Origin: a virus
Strand: one strand, 5' to 3'
Virus record (IMG/VR): IMGVR_UViG_3300045988_129927
Length of the DNA stretch: 64,000 nucleotides
The position numbers and the translations under genes were made by a program. The notes beneath the pieces were generated by a model, which worked only from the letters and a program-made list of their open reading frames with translations, made no database searches and was not told the DNA's origin. Positions 43,676 to 52,925 of this stretch are shown here, one piece after another. The stretch's first letter is position 1; each line of letters opens with the position of its first letter.

Positions 43676-45928
43676 TTATTGCGTTAATTTGCAAATACGA
43701 TAGAATACATGGTTAATGTCAAATCGACTGGCTGGAATAAACTCAATCAATACACCATCTGAAGTTAACAGATAAGTGTCACGAGTAGGTTTACTTGATT
43801 TACGATTACGACGTACCAAAGAAGCAGTAATCAAATTACTGATTTCAGAACCAGTATCTCGAACCAAGCATACCCAACCATTTTGATTGTTTTCAGAACC
43901 ATCCAATGTGATATTTAACTCACCAGCACTACGGTCTACATAAGTTACAGTTGCTGTATTACTTACAATAGTCGGCGTATCACTGTCTGACAAATATTCA
44001 TCATCATTATTGGTAATGGTGAATGATGCGAACATTTCTTCTACAAGTGTATCGTATTGCTGTCTTGATGACTTAGTGATGATATCATCGCGCTCTTCCA
44101 AATCATTGTAACATTCTACAATCTCAGTTACACTGATGTCAGTCAAGTCTAAACACAGAAGAATCTTGTTAAACTGAATATCAATCATTTCAGAAAGTTT
44201 ACGCAATAGGACAAACTCACGTGCTTTAGTCAATGGTTTAATGATTTTATCACGATAATCGTCAAATGTTTTACATTCTTTGATTTTCCGTACTACCTCT
44301 AACTGACGTTTCTTAGTAGCAATAGGATTCATGATAGTGACATCACTTTCAACCAAACGTGAATCATTGTGTTCTGTATAAACATCGTCAATGATTTCTG
44401 TAACCAGTGACGGTAAGTTATCAGCGATAATCTCGTTATCGTTAATAGTTACATTGTATTCATTTACTTCGCCACCATTTGCAAGGATTTCGGCTTCCTG
44501 ATATTGACGTTCCTCATCAGTCATGGTCAGATATTTAATCTCTTCTTCCAGACTAGGTGGATTCTCACGATTAGGAATTAATGCACTACCTAAGATACCT
44601 GGTGTTTTACCAGGAATGATATGGTCTTTAAGTTCCATTCTTTCTTCCTCAGTTAAATCGTACAATACCTGACAAGGCAAACCATGTTCATCTAATTCAA
44701 TCATACAACGTTTATTCAGATAGTTGTAGGATTGCCACAGTTTATTACTTGCGTTAAATGCAAATACATACTCACGTTGAACCAGACCATAAGTGTCGTA
44801 GTATTCAAAATACAAACCATCTTTATCTTCAGACAGTTTTTCACGATGTTTAGTATAGTCAAACGGATATAAGTATTCAGGTGTTAGTTTACGACGTACT
44901 TTTACTTCATTAATATCTTCGTATCCTTTGGTAGAAGTATTAATCCACAAACCTACTAACCAGTTACGACCAATAGCCATCTTACGACGATAATCTGGTA
45001 CAATTGGGAAACCATCTTCTTCAACTTGACGAGTTTCCTGATTGTTTACATTAGTAGTTTCATTGATGTTAGGTTTATCATAACGCTCTTCGTATTGACG
45101 TGCATTACCGTGAACAACGGTAGGTGTACCAATAACAGAAGATTCATCAACCAATTCGTTGTATGCTGAATTATCTTGTTGTTGGCGTTGTTGCTGTTGT
45201 GGGTTTTGCTGATTTCCACTAATGCTTTCAACATATTTACGACGTTTAATGGCAAAGTAGTCATTGGTATCAGTTTGCTGTGTAGTATTCGTGTTATTAC
45301 CACCACGACCGAACACATCATGTGCTTGTGTGTTAGAAGCACTAAATGTATTATCTACACGATTAGCACTCATGCCACCAAAGTTATTACCATTGTTACC
45401 ACGAACACTACCCCAACGAGAACCACCAGCATTACCTACATTGTTATTACGCATGGTCATACCACCACGAGTAGCGAAACTACCTGCATTGTTGTTACCA
45501 TACATCATGCCATTGCCATTACTGTAATGACGTGCCAATTGACGTTGGATATTATTAATGTAAGAACAATACTTACTAGCATCATTACGTACACCATGTG
45601 CTTCTTGAGCATTTAATTGGTTCATTGGGCCATAATTCAAGAAGATGTAAGGTACAGCATCAACAAAGGAATTACTTACTAAGTTGAATACTTGGTTTTG
45701 GTTATTAGGATTGATTTGGTTAGACAAATATTCTAATTCCAAAATCTGCAAGATATTTACGTAGATTTCAGAGAACAAATTATTGTTTTGACTCAATGCT
45801 TCAGCAGCACATCCACGGAAGAATGATACTTGGTTAGGACCAGCATACAGTGTTTCGTCAATTACATTTGTCAACATCTCACCAACCATTTGTTGTAGAG
45901 GTGCTGTTTGATACAAATCGATATTCAT
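43676..45928 (-). CDS. Hypothetical protein with an Asn/Gly/Gln-rich low-complexity insert
   Basis: 750-aa ORF with RBS AAAAGGAAACTAAC, starting 32 nt after the stop of the beta-like gene. Residues ~135-252 are low complexity. Confidence 0.75.
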   Translation of the reverse strand: MNIDLYQTAPLQQMVGEMLTNVIDETLYAGPNQVSFFRGCAAEALSQNNNLFSEIYVNILQILELEYLSNQINPNNQNQVFNLVSNSFVDAVPYIFLNYGPMNQLNAQEAHGVRNDASKYCSYINNIQRQLARHYSNGNGMMYGNNNAGSFATRGGMTMRNNNVGNAGGSRWGSVRGNNGNNFGGMSANRVDNTFSASNTQAHDVFGRGGNNTNTTQQTDTNDYFAIKRRKYVESISGNQQNPQQQQRQQQDNSAYNELVDESSVIGTPTVVHGNARQYEERYDKPNINETTNVNNQETRQVEEDGFPIVPDYRRKMAIGRNWLVGLWINTSTKGYEDINEVKVRRKLTPEYLYPFDYTKHREKLSEDKDGLYFEYYDTYGLVQREYVFAFNASNKLWQSYNYLNKRCMIELDEHGLPCQVLYDLTEEERMELKDHIIPGKTPGILGSALIPNRENPPSLEEEIKYLTMTDEERQYQEAEILANGGEVNEYNVTINDNEIIADNLPSLVTEIIDDVYTEHNDSRLVESDVTIMNPIATKKRQLEVVRKIKECKTFDDYRDKIIKPLTKAREFVLLRKLSEMIDIQFNKILLCLDLTDISVTEIVECYNDLEERDDIITKSSRQQYDTLVEEMFASFTITNNDDEYLSDSDTPTIVSNTATVTYVDRSAGELNITLDGSENNQNGWVCLVRDTGSEISNLITASLVRRNRKSSKPTRDTYLLTSDGVLIEFIPASRFDINHVFYRICKLTQ

Positions 45929-45960
45929 GTTAGTTTCCTTTTTAAAATATACTTTAACAA

Positions 45961-47664
45961 TTACTCTGTGTCTTCAATATCGTGCCTATTATCTACTTCA
46001 CCGTATAGCAATTTCTTAACGGCTTCGATTTTATCGGCAAGTTCGGGATTAGGCACAATGGTGTAATCGTCAGTGATAGTTACATATGGGTTTAATCTAC
46101 TGCGACCTGATGGGTCTGCTTTAGACATATCGAATGCCGCACCACATTCCAATAGAGATTCATGTAGTGCTACAGATGGGTCTTCTACATTAAACTGCGT
46201 ATTAGATGTTCTGGCTTTATCAGACTTCTCTTGTGGGATAACAATACGTCCCATTTTCAAGATAGGCAAATCAGCTGGGTCATCTACTACGATAATTTCA
46301 GTATGGTTCTTAATCTGCATAACAACTTCAGCACGAATGCTTTCAATTGCTTTGCGTACAGCTTCGTACTTAACAGGTACATTAGGATTTCTGTCTTCTT
46401 CTAATCGCAGTGTACTAAGATTAAAGTAAGCATTGTTAATCGCTTTAGTTAAATCGAATAACAAGAATTGACAAATCTGCAATTGCTTACCATACAGAGT
46501 ATTAGATTTAGAAATTTGTGAAATCTCACTGGTTAAGTCAATAAAGTTTTCAACAATATAAACAAACAGTTTATAAATGCTGTCAATATGTCCTAAACCA
46601 ATTCGCTCAAAATCATCGATAGTCATGTCATCTACATAACCATCCAATGAAACCATGTGTTTGTCAATATTGTCTTGAATAATAGACGCATGGTCAGATG
46701 TAGAACAGATGGCTTCACCCATCATGCTACGCCATGCTTCTGTATTATCTACAATATCTGGATTCATTCGATTATAACGAGTATAGTGACTCAATACGTA
46801 AATCAATGTACCAATAACCGTTTTAGCTGAACGAATGGTTTCCCATTCTTTACGACGTACTGCAAAGAACATCTTTGTAGGTTCGTAATAAGGATAAAGA
46901 TAACTGTGTGGTGGCTTACGACCATTACTTTTAACAATTACCCAATCTTCTGTTGGATATTGGTTTGATAGGTCGGCAGCTGTTTCAAAGTCATCTTCAT
47001 TTAACATCTGAACAGAACCAGGTTTAAAACCAAACATTTCTAATGTTTTGGTCATCCCGAACTTACAGCACAAATAATGTACAAGAGTACACTTCATTTT
47101 AATGAAATTATCAGTGCGTCCAGTGTCTTTCTTATTGTGGATTTTAGAATGATAGATAGATGTATATTCAGATACACCATCTACAAAAATATTCACACTA
47201 CGAATACGTTCAAACCACAGCTTAATCTTAATCAGTTTAACAAAGATTTCAGTAGGTTTAATGGTGATGATACCATCTGCCATTACAGGTGCAACCATGT
47301 ATTTTACACCATTCATCCACATGAATCCATGTCGACGAATAAATGGAAGATAGATATATTTACGAATCGGCTGACCATCAAAGTCAAAGTTAAAAGCATA
47401 AAGTCGGATATCATTTTTATTGATATCGTATTTACGCGTGTTGTTGTTACTGATTCTGGTCATGTATTGATAACCCTCTTTTGGAGGGACTTTCTCACAA
47501 CCAAGATACTTTAACTTTTTAGGAAATCGTTTCGAGTTAATGCGAAACAGTCTATCCACATAAAGAGGAATATTAGGATTGTCGTGATAAGACAATCCTA
47601 ATCCAATTCTTTCGTCAATATGTGGAGTATCTTCCTTAATCCGTTCTATCAATAAAGGATTCAT
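45961..47664 (-). CDS. RNA polymerase beta-subunit N-terminal fragment-like protein
   Basis: Collinear blocks match the RpoB N-terminal region (from memory). [27 protein letters not shown] matches [53 protein letters not shown] matches [24 protein letters not shown]. The rest is too diverged to judge by eye. Confidence 0.45.
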   Translation of the reverse strand: [567 protein letters not shown]

Positions 47665-47750
47665 GCTTGTTTTCCTTGTATAATTATTAAAGTATATTCT
47701 ACCATGATAAAAGACTCGCGATATTCTTTTAACAATAATAAAACACCTAA

Positions 47751-47768
47751 TATCTCAATCACGAGATA
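47751..47768 (-). terminator. Very weak AT-rich hairpin after gene 47785..49524
   Basis: TATCTC aatcac GAGATA: only 6 bp. Listed for completeness. Confidence 0.2.
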
Positions 47769-47784
47769 ATTCATTCAAATAAGT

Positions 47785-49524
47785 TTAAAAGTCAAATAAT
47801 TTTTCAATCCCTTTAAATAAAAGATAACCAATACCTACTACAGCTGCGGCTGCACCGATAACAGGTAAGGCTGCACCTATAAAAGAAATACCAGCAAATC
47901 CCATTGCTGATTTACTAGCTATACCTGCAACAGCACTAGAGGCTGCACCAGATGCAGATAATGCCAAAAATCCTTTCTTAGCTATAACTCCAGTAGTTGT
48001 TGTCTTTTTACTATCTGTTATTACTTTAGTTACTGCGCCAGCAATAGCGGCAGCTCCTGTAATAATACCAGCAGTAGAAGCAAGATTACGTGATGTATCT
48101 GAACTACCCGCACTTGCTGCTGCTATTTCAGCCTTTACGCGTTTAGAACGCTCTTCGATTACTTTTTCCTCCAAGTCTAAGTTACGGTCAATAAGTCTAT
48201 ATTTTCTATCATCCTGTTGTTTTTCAGTCAGATATTCTCTTTCCTCTCGTTTAAATGTTCTTTCTTCACGAGAATTCTCGTGACTACTTAATGTTTCAAT
48301 ATGGTCTAATTTAAGTTTAAGTTCTTTAAGCTCTCTTTCTTTTTGGTTAATCTCTTCATTCAGTTGGCGAACTTTAAGCTCATGCTCGCGTTCGCGTTCT
48401 TTAAATTGATTATTTAAAATTACCTCCTGTTGTTTTAGTTTACGAATTTCAATTTCAGAATTATAAGTTCTAGCTTCATCAGATGTACAGAAGTAACCAT
48501 GTTCTTGTAGTGTTTCTTTATCGTGGTAAGGGATAAATACTTTAACTACTTCAATGCAGTCTTCTTCGTTTAGATAAGACGTATAGATATATAATCCAGA
48601 TTCTTCGCCGTTAGTTGGTTTTTCACCACCGATAGTTTGAATTTTATTACCTACTCTACGGTAAATTTTACCATTCTCTTTATTGGTAATAAACTTAATA
48701 GATTCTAACCTACCTTGTTTTGTTAATTCTTTCTGAATAACTTGATGTAATTCAGATTCTTCAATAGAGAATGAAGGATGGATAATTTGTTTATAATTTA
48801 CCACATTAGGTGAAATTACAATATCCAATTCTTTATCGTAGATAATTTTATTCATACGAATAATATCTTCAGGATAATAGAATACAGTAACTAACTCACT
48901 ATTTGCTAAGTAGAGGTTTGTAGAATAAGGGCCTTTGGTAGCTTTAATTACATCGGATATCTTATCTTCCAACTCTTTTTTGTTTTCCAATACTTTACCA
49001 AATAAACGCCTGTTTTCAGTAATTCCAAACAAAGCATCGTCGTTATTACCTGATTCTTTATAGCTGTTTTCAATTGAGTTTAGTAAACCAACAGTCGGCA
49101 CTATTGATTCTAAATTAGACAAATGTCTAACAATAATATAAAGACCTGAACCGTATCGTAAAACCATTTCTTTATCTTTCAGAGTCAGTCTTCTTAAAGA
49201 AGAATTTTCAGTACCTGGTTTTAATCGATAGACATATCCAAATCGATTACTGATATTAATATCAGTATTAGACATGTTAATGATTTCAGTTGTTGAAAAT
49301 AATGTACTTGGGTGCTCGATTGACTTACCACTCTTAGCCCCAAAATAACTATCTTCTTTAATAATAACTGAATAAGGGCTACCACTAATAACATCAGAAT
49401 GTTCTGCATTAACTGTGTTATTATTGAAAAAGTCCGATGGTAAGTGAGTTTCTTTAAATTTACGACTGCTTCTATTTCGTACATTGAACAAAGCAGAACC
49501 ATTTTGATATTCATCGTTAGACAT
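47785..49524 (-). CDS. Hypothetical protein: globular N-terminus, coiled coil, Gly/Ala-zipper C-terminus
   Basis: 579-aa ORF with RBS TAAGGAGAAAACAACT. The coiled coil reads KEREREHELKVRQLNEEINQKERELKELKLKLDH. The last ~110 aa are Gly/Ala/Ser/Ile-rich with GxxxG/A spacing. Confidence 0.7.
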   Translation of the reverse strand: MSNDEYQNGSALFNVRNRSSRKFKETHLPSDFFNNNTVNAEHSDVISGSPYSVIIKEDSYFGAKSGKSIEHPSTLFSTTEIINMSNTDINISNRFGYVYRLKPGTENSSLRRLTLKDKEMVLRYGSGLYIIVRHLSNLESIVPTVGLLNSIENSYKESGNNDDALFGITENRRLFGKVLENKKELEDKISDVIKATKGPYSTNLYLANSELVTVFYYPEDIIRMNKIIYDKELDIVISPNVVNYKQIIHPSFSIEESELHQVIQKELTKQGRLESIKFITNKENGKIYRRVGNKIQTIGGEKPTNGEESGLYIYTSYLNEEDCIEVVKVFIPYHDKETLQEHGYFCTSDEARTYNSEIEIRKLKQQEVILNNQFKEREREHELKVRQLNEEINQKERELKELKLKLDHIETLSSHENSREERTFKREEREYLTEKQQDDRKYRLIDRNLDLEEKVIEERSKRVKAEIAAASAGSSDTSRNLASTAGIITGAAAIAGAVTKVITDSKKTTTTGVIAKKGFLALSASGAASSAVAGIASKSAMGFAGISFIGAALPVIGAAAAVVGIGYLLFKGIEKLFDF

Positions 49525-49613
49525 AGTTGTTTTCTCCTTAAGGAAACAATATAATATTCGATACCAATTTAATATTATATGTTTTAGAAAAAATACAATA
49601 AGACGTAGATAAT

Positions 49614-49655
49614 CCTATTACTCCTCTACCCAATTAAGGGTAGAGGAGTAATAGG
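49614..49655 (-). terminator. Hairpin after the capsid gene
   Basis: CCTATTACTCCTCTACCC aattaa GGGTAGAGGAGTAATAGG: an 18-bp perfect stem. Confidence 0.75.
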
Positions 49656-49705
49656 TATCTTTAATTAATTGTTTAAATTAATCAGTTCTAATTAACCACT
49701 AGTGA

Positions 49706-51982
49706 TTAAGGAGCAACAGCAGCACCAGTACCAGCAGCAGGTTTAGCAGGTTGTGCTACTTCGTTAGTAACTTGGAAGTTCAAGCGTTCTTGGATAGAAC
49801 GTTTCAGACCAGTTACTTTGATGCGTACCAATACTGGCAAGTGGCAGATGTGGCTGAACCATGGTTGAACCATAGTTTCGTGTTGGTATTTGCTACCACG
49901 GGCACGGCTAACAATACGTGGGATTTCACGTTTGTCAAGAGTGTTACCGAACCACAGAGGTACGCTCAGGCTACCATTGCGTGGTTTACCGAATGACAAG
50001 AAGATAGTACCAATTTCACCATCTTTAGCTTGACCATTTTCATCCAATACCAAACGTTCGTCAGAACATTCTTCAATAGTAAAGTCGAAGCCATCACCCA
50101 GAGTACGTGCATCACCTTCACGGAAGATGAATTTGCTAGTGAATGCGTCAGCAATAGCAATCACGTGTGGACGGAAAGAGCTACCACCGATGTCAGTCAA
50201 CTCGTAACCAGCAGCCAGTTCAGAAGAACAGTAAGCTTGAGTCATTTCACCCAGGATGTAGTTAGTCATTACAGAAGACACGTTATTCAAACGGTCAGAA
50301 GTAGTCAGAGATTGACAAGTTTTGTAAACGTCCAATTCTACATCTTTAACGTAAGTACGAGCAAACCATTGACCCACACCAACAGAAGTATAGTTAAATG
50401 GTTCAGCAGTATCCAGTTGTTGAGGTTGTGATTTCAACATATTCAGGATATCGTAAATAGCAGATACACCGGCGTTAGTACGACGGATGAAAGACAGACG
50501 AATCAGGCTATCAATACGTTGAGAATCGGATACGGTGTCTTTGTCATCGATAGGACGACGGATAGCGATTGGAGAGTGCAATTTAACACCGTAGATGATG
50601 CGTTGTACGCGGTCATCCAACAGCAGGCCATGTTCGCGCAAGTTGCTATTAGTACGAGTAGCGTCTACTTCGTAACCAACGATAGAGGTTTTTTCCAATT
50701 CAGCAACCAGAGCTTTAACGTCTGGGTTTTCCATAGACAATACTTCTTTGGTTTCTGCATTACGTACAGCGCGTACTTGTACAGCAGCTGCATTCAGAGT
50801 TACAGTACCCAAGTCAGTGTTACCACGACCAGAGATATCAAAACGCAACAGAGCTTCCAATTTTTTGTCTTTCAGTGCTTTCAATTCTGTAGGCAGAGCT
50901 TGAGAGATTTCACCGATAGTATCAGCATTTACCAAGTGAGTGTTTACATCGTACATCAATTGGATGCCTTCACGGTCACCATTAGGAGAGTAAGTGAAGG
51001 TAGATTGTTGATGGTATTGCAAGTTTTTGAACAATACAACATCGTTACCCACTTTCAGACCCAGAGTTTTCAAACGTGGGTTAGCAGAAATTTGGTCAGT
51101 ATCATCAGACATACCCAAAGTAACCATACGGTCAGTTTGAGAGATGTGAGTCAGTTTAATTTCTTTACCGATTTTCAGCAAGGAAGTTTGTACGTCTTCA
51201 TCGAAGTCAGTACGAACAACGTAAGGAGGCAACAAAGTGCTGTCTACGAAAGAATCTTCACTGATGGTTTTACGGAATACAGGAACGATGTCAGTGAAGT
51301 TAGATTTCAAGATATCGTGTTTACGCAATGCTTTGATTACGTGTTTTTGGTTGCGGTATGCGTCGCCTTTACCACCCAAGTCGTATTCTTTAGAGTTGAA
51401 TACAGTTGACAGGTGTACGTCGATAGTGTAGTTGTTTTGAGTAGAATCCAAAGTAATAGTAGGGAAGAACAATTCTACAGCTTTAGATTGTTTTTCAGGG
51501 CGGATGTTATAAGAAACAGTCATCGCCAGAGTGTTCATCATACCGTGAACTTCAAAAGACTCAGTAGCCAACTCTTGACCTACAACACCAACGTCAACAC
51601 CACCACCAATAGCAGATACCACAGTACCAGGTTCAGTTTGTGCACCAGCATTGTAGTATTCATCAGGGTTTTGAGCGATGATGATAGATTCAGACAAATT
51701 ATCCACTTGGTCTTCAGTCAGAGTAGCACCAGTGCTTTCTTGGTAGTCAGCAACGATACCATCGATTACAGCTTTTTGGCTGTTAGTAATAGCACTCAGG
51801 TCTTCAGCTTCAGAAGTACTCAGGCTTTCAGTAGACAAGAATGCTTTACCTACGAGTTTAGCAGCTTCAGTGCTCAGGGAAATATCGTGAGCACGTGATT
51901 TTACGATGTCAGCAATAACTTGTGTATTTGAACGGGGGGTAAAGGATTTTTTCTCTTTACCGAAAATATTTTTTTGAGACAT
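49706..51982 (-). CDS. Probable major capsid protein (jumbo-phage size class)
   Basis: The ATG at 51982 (MSQKNIF...) follows AAAGGTATTGAAA. Codon usage is very different from its neighbours (CTG, CGT, GGT, GCT, AAC, TTC, ATC), as expected for the most abundant virion protein. It is ~758 aa. The Ser/Thr/Glu-rich N-terminal ~140 aa resemble a removable propeptide. Confidence 0.55.
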   Translation of the reverse strand: MSQKNIFGKEKKSFTPRSNTQVIADIVKSRAHDISLSTEAAKLVGKAFLSTESLSTSEAEDLSAITNSQKAVIDGIVADYQESTGATLTEDQVDNLSESIIIAQNPDEYYNAGAQTEPGTVVSAIGGGVDVGVVGQELATESFEVHGMMNTLAMTVSYNIRPEKQSKAVELFFPTITLDSTQNNYTIDVHLSTVFNSKEYDLGGKGDAYRNQKHVIKALRKHDILKSNFTDIVPVFRKTISEDSFVDSTLLPPYVVRTDFDEDVQTSLLKIGKEIKLTHISQTDRMVTLGMSDDTDQISANPRLKTLGLKVGNDVVLFKNLQYHQQSTFTYSPNGDREGIQLMYDVNTHLVNADTIGEISQALPTELKALKDKKLEALLRFDISGRGNTDLGTVTLNAAAVQVRAVRNAETKEVLSMENPDVKALVAELEKTSIVGYEVDATRTNSNLREHGLLLDDRVQRIIYGVKLHSPIAIRRPIDDKDTVSDSQRIDSLIRLSFIRRTNAGVSAIYDILNMLKSQPQQLDTAEPFNYTSVGVGQWFARTYVKDVELDVYKTCQSLTTSDRLNNVSSVMTNYILGEMTQAYCSSELAAGYELTDIGGSSFRPHVIAIADAFTSKFIFREGDARTLGDGFDFTIEECSDERLVLDENGQAKDGEIGTIFLSFGKPRNGSLSVPLWFGNTLDKREIPRIVSRARGSKYQHETMVQPWFSHICHLPVLVRIKVTGLKRSIQERLNFQVTNEVAQPAKPAAGTGAAVAP

Positions 51983-52045
51983 TTTCAATACCTTTAAAAT
52001 TTAAATCAAGACAAGAATAACTTATAGTATCTTCGAAAATAATTA

Positions 52046-52753
52046 TTAATTATCTAATAGTAGTAAATAATTACCGAACAATACTGTAGCTGATATGGTC
52101 TGTTCTGAGTGGTAAATAGACGACTTTCTCATTACATCACGAATTTTCTCTAATACATAAGTTTTCAATGTATGTTCACTGTAGCTTCCTTCTACCGTTG
52201 AAGTAGGTACAGAAATAAAGTAAATACGTCCACTAGGGGACACGTCAATACTCTCATACATACAGTTTTCGTTAGTGTGTTGGTAAATGTTATTACATAT
52301 ACCTGTCATTACTTTAGATAGAATACGTGTTACATTAAACACTTCTTCATCAAAAGTATACTCACCATTTTCCTGAGGAAAATATTGGCTATACAATGCT
52401 TCTTTATCAGTAGCATTTGCAAGCCACAGTAGGCGAATATCCAATGCCTCACCCATCAAAGGGGTAAGTTTTTCAGACATCTCTACAGATTCGTGTACTC
52501 TATTTTTATCTAAAGGTGAGGATTTAGACAAAGCATTTAGAGCAATTAATTCTTTTAAAGCGTGTGAGCCGACAGACGCGACAGCTTTATCATAATAAAG
52601 TAAGTCAACAGGGCTAATGCCTTTATCTTTTAAGTCGTTATATAATTCTTCTGGTACAAATACTAATCTAATAGCATTCTCTGGGTTTTCTTCAGAATCA
52701 ATAAAACGATCCAATAACTTTTGAGCTTCTGTCTTTTTAGGTAACTCAATCAT
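52046..52753 (-). CDS. Hypothetical protein upstream of the capsid gene
   Basis: 235-aa ORF with RBS AAAGGATATCACCC. No hairpin separates it from the capsid gene, so the two are probably co-transcribed. Confidence 0.65.
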   Translation of the reverse strand: MIELPKKTEAQKLLDRFIDSEENPENAIRLVFVPEELYNDLKDKGISPVDLLYYDKAVASVGSHALKELIALNALSKSSPLDKNRVHESVEMSEKLTPLMGEALDIRLLWLANATDKEALYSQYFPQENGEYTFDEEVFNVTRILSKVMTGICNNIYQHTNENCMYESIDVSPSGRIYFISVPTSTVEGSYSEHTLKTYVLEKIRDVMRKSSIYHSEQTISATVLFGNYLLLLDN

Positions 52754-52813
52754 GGGTGATATCCTTTATATGTTGGTAGATTTCTATTTAGATTTTAGCC
52801 CTGACTATCTATG

Positions 52814-52831
52814 TAAAAAATAGCTCAATAA
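52814..52831 (+). promoter_or_regulatory. 18-mer TAAAAAATAGCTCAATAA upstream of the DnaB-like gene
   Basis: See 14601..14618. Confidence 0.3.
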
Positions 52832-52925
52832 GCTAATATATACTAACCGAATAATTCATATTAACATACGTTATAACCGTTACTTATTTTATTAACAATA
52901 TAAAAATAAAGAAAGAAATCCCGAC

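Noticed and set aside
47371-47394. FNFDFDGQ in the beta-like protein, which resembles the beta-prime catalytic NADFDGD motif.
   Set aside because: The third Asp is missing. The surrounding sequence aligns with the beta subunit, not the beta-prime subunit, and the motif sits where RpoB has no metal site. It is probably coincidence.
49751-51898. Six plus-strand ORFs (64 to 296 aa) overlapping the capsid gene, plus a minus-strand alternative-frame ORF at 49966..50160.
   Set aside because: They lie antisense to, or out of frame with, a strongly codon-biased gene. Avoidance of TTA, CTA and TCA codons removes antisense stops. Their translations are Val/Phe/Thr/Ser-rich nonsense with no RBS, so they are an artefact of codon bias.
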